Shown here in pieces: positions 58,451 to 64,000 of a stretch of DNA of 64,000 nt. Under the pieces are notes generated by a model. It made no database searches. It had not been told where the DNA came from and saw nothing but the letters and a program-made list of their open reading frames with translations. Location: positions 2,944,001 through 3,008,000 of the forward strand of contig CAWIIB010000009.1 in assembly GCA_963836075.1 (NCBI GenBank). Direction: 5' to 3'. The translations under genes and the position numbers were made by a program. The stretch is from an uncultured Acidobacteriota bacterium (GTDB lineage Bacteria; Acidobacteriota; JAQAZP01). Each line of letters begins with the position of its first letter. Position 1 is the first letter of the stretch.

Positions 58451-58511
58451 GGGATCCTCCATGGGTATCCGGGATGACACACCGATCGTACAAATTATGA
58501 CCCAATCCAGG

Positions 58512-58672
58512 TCATTGTCCATGAAAAAGTAAAGGCTCACCGAAATCGGGTAGCTTTTGACCCAGCCGGATCAGGTGGCCTGGACAGCCCTCTGTGCAGT
58601 CGGAAGCACCGATCCGCCCCGGAAGGGTGGAGGCGCCGGGGAGGCGGGCCACCCTGCGGGCCGTGGCGCACT
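58512..58672 (-). pseudogene. 3' fragment of the DUF123/GIY-YIG gene, carried along by the duplication
   Basis: Near-identical to 62212-62372; no in-frame start before an upstream stop. Confidence 0.75.
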
Positions 58673-58950
58673 TGCCGTCGGGGCCGACGGTGCAGCGGGG
58701 AAAAGCAGTAGCGAACTTAAGATCGAAATACTGCCCGCCTTAATGCACTGTTGGCCTCGACTCCTTGGGGACTGACAGGGTGCTACCCAAGACTCAGGCG
58801 CACTGATGGGAAGTGGATTCATGCCAGCCTTAATATCTGAATTGATGGCGGCGGGATGAATTCAGAACCGTCCCGCCGCGAGATTGATGCGGCGGATTGC
58901 CGTGAAGTATCAGAAGCCCACGGGCCGGGCCGCGGGGGCGGCATCCCGTT

Positions 58951-59274
58951 TCATTTCAAATCGAGCTGGACCTTGATCGCCTCGCCGATTTTCCGCATCT
59001 CTTCCAGCGAGATTTTTCCGGCGATACCGACCAGGCGTTTCTTGCTCACCGTGGTCAACTGGTCGGCCATGGCCTTGCCTTTGTTGTCGTTGAAGGTGAC
59101 GTAGGCTTCACTGGGGTAGAGGCGCGCGGTATTGCTGGTCAGGGGGACCACCTGGACCCGGTTGAGGAATTTGTTTGCCGAGTCATTGCTGACGATCACC
59201 GCCGGCCGCCGCTTGCGGATCTCCCCACCGACAGAGGGATCGAAGTTTACCCACCAGACCTCACCCCTGGTCAT
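58951..59274 (-). CDS. mazF: Type II TA toxin, PemK/MazF endoribonuclease
   Basis: [45 protein letters not shown]. Confidence 0.92.
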   Translation of the reverse strand: MTRGEVWWVNFDPSVGGEIRKRRPAVIVSNDSANKFLNRVQVVPLTSNTARLYPSEAYVTFNDNKGKAMADQLTTVSKKRLVGIAGKISLEEMRKIGEAIKVQLDLK

Positions 59275-59488
59275 TGGCGTCTCCAACGGTTGCTTCGGCC
59301 CACTCGAGGGCTTCGTCCTCCCGGTCCCGGTCCCCGGCCATCTCTTCGTACGCCGCATCGAGATTGACGTTGACCACGTGCGATCTCACCAGGTCTTCGA
59401 TGAACTTGCTGATCTTCCTTCGGCCGATGTGGGTGTGCAGACCCCGGTAGACCTCTTCGTCAACCGTGATGGTCAATTTTTTCTGCAT
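59261..59488 (-). CDS. Cognate antitoxin (ribbon-helix-helix-like N-terminus, acidic C-terminus)
   Basis: [14 protein letters not shown]; overlaps the toxin start; GGAGG RBS. Confidence 0.85.
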   Translation of the reverse strand: MQKKLTITVDEEVYRGLHTHIGRRKISKFIEDLVRSHVVNVNLDAAYEEMAGDRDREDEALEWAEATVGDANDQG

Positions 59489-59510
59489 ATGCGATCCTCC
59501 AATTCTCTAC

Positions 59511-59545
59511 ACGTATAATATACGTATAAAGTGGCCGCTGGTCAA
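59511..59545 (-). promoter_or_regulatory. TA promoter with palindromic operator
   Basis: TTGACC-17nt-TATATT; ACGTATA-A-TATACGT overlaps the -10. Confidence 0.7.
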
Positions 59546-59585
59546 GATCCGATTGAGAAGGAGGGAGACCTCGGCGATAAGAGGA

Positions 59586-62150
59586 TCAGAACCGTCCCGC
59601 CGCCACGTTGACCCCGTAGGTGTAGACCGGCGGGAAGGCGTCGAAGGTGAAGTCCAGTGTCACGTCGTGAACGGCGGCGTGGTACGCCCTGACCTGGCTG
59701 CCCATGGCCGGGTCGGGGCCGCCACTCACCAGCAACTCGTCCCGGCCGTTGCCGTCCAGGTCCACACCGGAGCAGACACGGGCTCCGTAAGCCGCTTCGC
59801 CCGCCGGCCAGGCAAAGAAATTTACATTGGGCATGGCCACCGGTTCGCCGCCGTCCACGTCCCAGCCCCGGACGTGGCTGCCGAAAAGGGACGAGGGCCC
59901 TGGTGCGGTGATGATCTCGTCGATCCCGTCGCCGTCCAGGTCGCCGGCGGCCACGTTGACGCCGAACCTGTTCGTGCCGTAGGCCAGGAAGCTGACCCAG
60001 GAGAGCGCCTCGACTGCTCCGCCGTCCACATCCCAGCCCCGGACGTGGGGCCCGAACACGGCGCCCGGCCCGGCGCCGGTGATGATCTCGTCGAACCCGT
60101 CGCCATCGAAATCCCCGCAGGCCACGTTGACACCCCACTTGAGCGTGCCGTAGGCGAAGTAGCTGATCTCGGAGATAGCCTCGGCGTCTCCTCCGTCCAC
60201 GTTCCACCCCCGGACGTGGGGCCCGAACACGGCGCCCGGCCCGGCGCCGGTGACGATCTCGTCATAGCCATCGCCGTCCAGGTCGCCGGCGGCCACGTTG
60301 ACCCCGAACTTGTTCGTGCCGTAGGCCAGGAAGTTGACGCCGGGAACGGGTGTGCCGTCCGAACTGAACCCGCGCACGTGCGGGCCGTAGATCTCGCCCG
60401 CGCCGGCGCCGGTGATGATGGTCAGGCCTTCGTCGTCGGTGAGCTGGCCCGCCGCCACATTCGCCCCCCATGACGGCGAGCCGTACGCCGAAAACTCCGA
60501 GACCGGTTCGGCGTCGGTGTGGGGCGGGAAGACCCGGACCAGCGGCGGGTTGGCCGGTGACGGACCGGGAGTTGCGACCAGCCCGAGGATGTGACTGCTT
60601 GACGGATAGTGATACCCCATGTCCACCTGGCCGTTGTCGATTGCACCGTCGGTGCGGGTGGTCAGTTGGTCGAGGCAGGTGGTCCCCTCCACCGTCTCAT
60701 AACAGAATTCACCCGCCGGGGCAGATCCCGAATCGATGCAGGGGCTGTCGGCCGGTTGACCGGCTGCCAGGTGCCCCAGGTAGTAATCCCCCAAAGGGCC
60801 GCGGGTGAAGAGCGGGTCCGCGTCGATGTTCGTCGGGCCGCCGTATCCCCCTTCGATGTCGCTGTAGGTCACCGACGGGGTGCCCTGGATCTGCTCGCTG
60901 GTGTTGCCGTAGATGATGGAGTTGGTGATGGTCAACTGCCCCGATGAGCCCTGCCGTTTCACGCCGGTGGTATTCTCTGTGATGGTGCAGTTCACCATCA
61001 GTACATCCATGTGATCGAGGAATATGGCGCTGCCGTTGTTCCCCGCGAGCAGGTTGCTGGTCACCAGGATTTCACCACCCCGGCCGCTGGACGGTCCGGC
61101 GGGGCAGGGGTCAGGACATTGAGGTACCGGCCGGTCCAGGGCCGTTATGGCAAGCCCGAAGGAGATGCAGGCTCCCGTCCCTGAATTGCCGGTCATTACA
61201 TTCCCGCTCACGGTGCCGTATGCCCCGAACTCTTCGTCGTAGAACCATATGGCGCCGTAGTCACCGCCGGAATTGCCGGTAAAGGTGTTGTTCACGATAT
61301 GGGCAGTGGCGCCGAAGGCCACGGAAATGCTGCCGCCGAACATGGAGCACTCGTTCTCCGCAAAGCTGTTCCCGGTGATAAGGGCTTCGTTCTCACCGGT
61401 ACAATAGATGGCCGATCCCGTTATCTCACCGACGTTTCCGGCAAAGCTGTTCCCGCTGACCAGGCCGTCGCCAAAGCAGCAGAGCCCGCCCCCATGGTCG
61501 GTGCTGTTGCCGGTGATGCTATTGCCGGTTACGGTCATCGACCGTGCCCAGCAATAGATGCCGCCGCCAAAAGTCGATGACGAGTTTCCAACTATTGTGT
61601 TGTCCTCGATGACCGGCGAACTTTCCTCGCAGCAGATCCCGCCGCCGGCACGATCGGTCTGGCAACCGCTGATCGTGTTTTGCCGGATGACCGGTGAGCC
61701 CCCGGTGCAGTAGATTCCACCACCCTCATCCCCCGAGATGCAGTCTTCGATGCGGTTCGCTTCGATGACCGGCGAGGCATTGAGGCAGTATATGCCGCCC
61801 CCGTCGGCGAGCTTGTAACCGTTCCGCACGGTGAATCCCCGGAGGATGGAATCCGGTCCTTCATCGTTGACGAACTGGAACCCGCGGTCCTGACCCTCGC
61901 AGTCGATGATGCAGGCCGTGAACCCGTGTTCCGATTCCACGGTGATCGCCTTGCCGCCGAAGTTGATGTTCCGGTTGCCGGAGCCAACGTAGACGCCGTT
62001 GGCCACCAGCACCGTGTCGCCGCTCACGGCGGCGTCGATACCGGCCTGGATGGTGGGCTGGTCGGCCGGGACGCGGATGGTGGCGGCGGTGGAGGATATG
62101 GCGGCGAGGCAGGAGAGCAGGACAAACAGGACAAGGCTTCTCGAGGACAT
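59586..62150 (-). CDS. Secreted beta-helix protein with C-terminal FG-GAP module (duplicate copy B)
   Basis: Same length and architecture as copy A. Confidence 0.87.
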   Translation of the reverse strand: MSSRSLVLFVLLSCLAAISSTAATIRVPADQPTIQAGIDAAVSGDTVLVANGVYVGSGNRNINFGGKAITVESEHGFTACIIDCEGQDRGFQFVNDEGPDSILRGFTVRNGYKLADGGGIYCLNASPVIEANRIEDCISGDEGGGIYCTGGSPVIRQNTISGCQTDRAGGGICCEESSPVIEDNTIVGNSSSTFGGGIYCWARSMTVTGNSITGNSTDHGGGLCCFGDGLVSGNSFAGNVGEITGSAIYCTGENEALITGNSFAENECSMFGGSISVAFGATAHIVNNTFTGNSGGDYGAIWFYDEEFGAYGTVSGNVMTGNSGTGACISFGLAITALDRPVPQCPDPCPAGPSSGRGGEILVTSNLLAGNNGSAIFLDHMDVLMVNCTITENTTGVKRQGSSGQLTITNSIIYGNTSEQIQGTPSVTYSDIEGGYGGPTNIDADPLFTRGPLGDYYLGHLAAGQPADSPCIDSGSAPAGEFCYETVEGTTCLDQLTTRTDGAIDNGQVDMGYHYPSSSHILGLVATPGPSPANPPLVRVFPPHTDAEPVSEFSAYGSPSWGANVAAGQLTDDEGLTIITGAGAGEIYGPHVRGFSSDGTPVPGVNFLAYGTNKFGVNVAAGDLDGDGYDEIVTGAGPGAVFGPHVRGWNVDGGDAEAISEISYFAYGTLKWGVNVACGDFDGDGFDEIITGAGPGAVFGPHVRGWDVDGGAVEALSWVSFLAYGTNRFGVNVAAGDLDGDGIDEIITAPGPSSLFGSHVRGWDVDGGEPVAMPNVNFFAWPAGEAAYGARVCSGVDLDGNGRDELLVSGGPDPAMGSQVRAYHAAVHDVTLDFTFDAFPPVYTYGVNVAAGRF

Positions 62151-62211
62151 GGGATCCTCCATGGGTATTCGGGATGACACACCGATCGTACAAATTATGA
62201 CCCAATCCAGG

Positions 62212-62670
62212 TCATTGTCCATGAAAAAGTAAAGGCTCACCGAAATCGGGTAGCTTTTGACCCAGCCGGATCAGGTGGCCTGGACAGCCCTCTGTGCAGT
62301 CGGAAGCACCGATCCGCCCCGGAAGGGTGGAGGCGCCGGGGAGGAGGGCCACCCGGCGGGCCGTGGCGCACTCACCGGCCGGATCTTTGTCGGTCAGCAG
62401 GATGTGGGCGAGCGAGGCATAGCGGTGGGCCAGAAGATAGTCCACGTGCCAGCGGAGTTTGAAGGGATGATCTCGGCTTCCGGCGATGCCCAGGTAGCGC
62501 TTGAGCCTGCCGGCCAGCGAGCGGGAGGCCCGGCCGGCGTAGGCATAGTACCCCGGTTCCAGCTTGTATTGGCCCCGGGCGCCAAACTTCACCAGGGCTG
62601 GACGGCTGAGCCGGACCACCAGCAGGTAGGCGCCGCATTGAATATGTTCTTGAACCATCCTGCCCGGCAT
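62212..62670 (-). CDS. DUF123 / GIY-YIG (Uri) family nuclease-like protein
   Basis: GAYLLVV, GYYAYAG.A, RWHVDYL, EC, GASDC..C..HL. Confidence 0.8.
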   Translation of the reverse strand: MPGRMVQEHIQCGAYLLVVRLSRPALVKFGARGQYKLEPGYYAYAGRASRSLAGRLKRYLGIAGSRDHPFKLRWHVDYLLAHRYASLAHILLTDKDPAGECATARRVALLPGASTLPGRIGASDCTEGCPGHLIRLGQKLPDFGEPLLFHGQ

Positions 62671-62726
62671 TCTACACTGTCCGGGCCGTATCCGGTCCTC
62701 TCCGGAGCGGCCTGGAGCATTGAATA

Positions 62727-63671
62727 ATGGCTGACGAACACGAAGCGCTGACCGTCTCGGCGGTGGGGCCGGACGGGGTGCGCCGCCGCCTGCCCCGCTG
62801 GCTCAAAGTGCGGGTGGGGAAGGGAGCGTCCTTTCGCAGGGTCGACGCCCTCTTGAAGGAGAACGGGCTGAACACGGTCTGCCGTTCGGCGCTCTGTCCC
62901 AACGTGGGCCGCTGCTTCGAGCGGGGCACCGCCACTTTCCTGATCCTCGGCAATACCTGCACCCGCAGTTGCCGTTTCTGTGCCGTGGGGGGCGGGAAGC
63001 CGGCGGCGCTGGACCCCGAGGAGCCGGCAAAGGTGGCGGCTGCGGTCCACAGTCTCGAACTGCGCCACGCGGTGATCACCTCGGTGACCCGGGACGACCT
63101 GGCCGACGGCGGGGCCGGGCATTTTGCCGCCACGGTCAAGGCCATCCGCTCCGCCTCCCCCACCTGCCGGATCGAGCTGCTGGTCCCCGACTTCGGCGGC
63201 AGCGCCCCGGCCCTGGAGACCGTCCTCGACTCTGGTCCCGACATCCTCAATCACAACATCGAGACCGTGCCCCGGCTCTACCCCCGGGTGCGGCCCGGCG
63301 CCGATTACCAGCGGTCTTTGGAACTGCTGGGCCGGGCCCGGCGCCGGTATGCCGAAGACGGGCGCGAGGGCCTGACCAAGTCGGGGGTCATGGTGGGCCT
63401 GGGGGAGACGATGACCGAATTGGAGCAGGTGATGTCCGAGGCCGCGGCTGCCGGCTGCCAGATGTTCACCATCGGGCAGTATCTCCAGCCGTCACGGGAC
63501 CATCTGCCGGTGGTTTCCTTCTATCTTCCCACCGCATTCGAGCAGCTCAAGCGTTACGGCGGCTCCCTCGGGTTCAGCCACGTGGCCTCCGGACCACTGG
63601 TGCGCAGCTCCTACCTTGCCGATGAGCAGTTCGAGGGGCCAACGCCCCGGTCCGGGGACGGCAGCCGCTGA
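62727..63671 (+). CDS. lipA: Lipoyl synthase
   Basis: CX4CX5C (CRSALCPNVGRC), radical-SAM CTRSCRFC, NHNIETVPRLY, VRSSY. Confidence 0.96.
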   Translation: MADEHEALTVSAVGPDGVRRRLPRWLKVRVGKGASFRRVDALLKENGLNTVCRSALCPNVGRCFERGTATFLILGNTCTRSCRFCAVGGGKPAALDPEEPAKVAAAVHSLELRHAVITSVTRDDLADGGAGHFAATVKAIRSASPTCRIELLVPDFGGSAPALETVLDSGPDILNHNIETVPRLYPRVRPGADYQRSLELLGRARRRYAEDGREGLTKSGVMVGLGETMTELEQVMSEAAAAGCQMFTIGQYLQPSRDHLPVVSFYLPTAFEQLKRYGGSLGFSHVASGPLVRSSYLADEQFEGPTPRSGDGSR

Positions 63672-63757
63672 TCTTTGACTTCCGTTACCGCATCATGTAT
63701 TAATGCCGCTTCCACCGGCCCGGCGGACAAGGTCCGGGGCAGGAGAGAGGCTGGACA

Positions 63758-64000
63758 ATGAGCCCGGAAGAATACAGAAAACAGCGTTCCATGGCCGAAA
63801 TGCGGCAGGAGGGCCTGTCCGGCCTGATGGCCGTGCGGGTGGGGATGTTCCGTTTCACCCGCTGGGTGGTGAACAAGGCCAAGCTTGCCGACTACACCTT
63901 CAACGTCATCGTGGCCCTGGTCATCGGCCTGCTGGGCGGCTTCGGGGCGGTGGCCTTCCACTACCTGATCGGAGGCGTGCAGAAGATCTCCTGGGGATCC
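63758..64000 (+). CDS. Probable ClC chloride channel protein, 3' truncated by window
   Basis: Open to the window edge; ALVIGLLGGFGAVAFHYLI resembles the first ClC TM helix. Confidence 0.55.
   Translation, partial: MSPEEYRKQRSMAEMRQEGLSGLMAVRVGMFRFTRWVVNKAKLADYTFNVIVALVIGLLGGFGAVAFHYLIGGVQKISWGS

Larger units (their letters stand above)
55886..62372. repeat. Direct duplication of about 2.8 kb (55886-58672 vs 59586-62372), offset exactly 3700 bp
   Basis: Near-identical flanks with a divergent central block. Confidence 0.9.

Noticed and set aside
58673-58861. IS or transposase at the duplication junction
   Set aside because: No terminal repeats or transposase-like ORF recognised; origin of this sequence is unresolved.
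53581-60600. CRISPR-like periodic repeats
   Set aside because: The repeats are in-frame coding FG-GAP units with synonymous variation. No spacers or cas genes.
55886-62150. Diversity-generating retroelement (TR/VR pair)
   Set aside because: Differences are not adenine-restricted, include indels and span about 800 bp of two full genes. No reverse transcriptase in the window.

Overview
GC-rich bacterial chromosomal segment, probably from an uncultured diderm with anaerobic metabolism (Oar-like TonB receptor, sigma54 promoters, RpoH-like sigma factor, corrinoid methyltransferases). The lineage cannot be assigned from sequence alone. In order: (1) the tail of a highly reducing type II PKS/FAS-like operon (dehydratase, active KS, catalytically dead KS/CLF, thioesterase, methyltransferase, glycosyltransferases, peptide-type ABC parts); (2) a MacB/FtsX ABC exporter; (3) secreted proteins and a B12/Fe-chelate ABC importer; (4) sigma32-like, sugar-modification and hydrolase genes; (5) a TonB receptor and an ion antiporter; (6) two adjacent small genes with in-frame TGA codons and SECIS-like hairpins (candidate selenoprotein pair, missed or truncated by the ORF track); (7) a corrinoid / homocysteine-methyltransferase / non-pyrrolysine MttB trio; (8) an FN3-repeat protein, a Lon-like protease and glnA; (9) a tandem array of beta-helix proteins including a 3700-bp-offset duplication with a divergent central block and a MazF-type TA module between the copies; (10) lipA and the start of a probable ClC channel. 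Four large secreted proteins share a C-terminal FG-GAP-like module ending AAG(R/K)F. Four genes carry single-base frameshifts in C/G runs, most likely sequencing errors. No rRNA, tRNA, CRISPR array or transposase was seen. All family calls come from motif recognition by eye; no database search was run.
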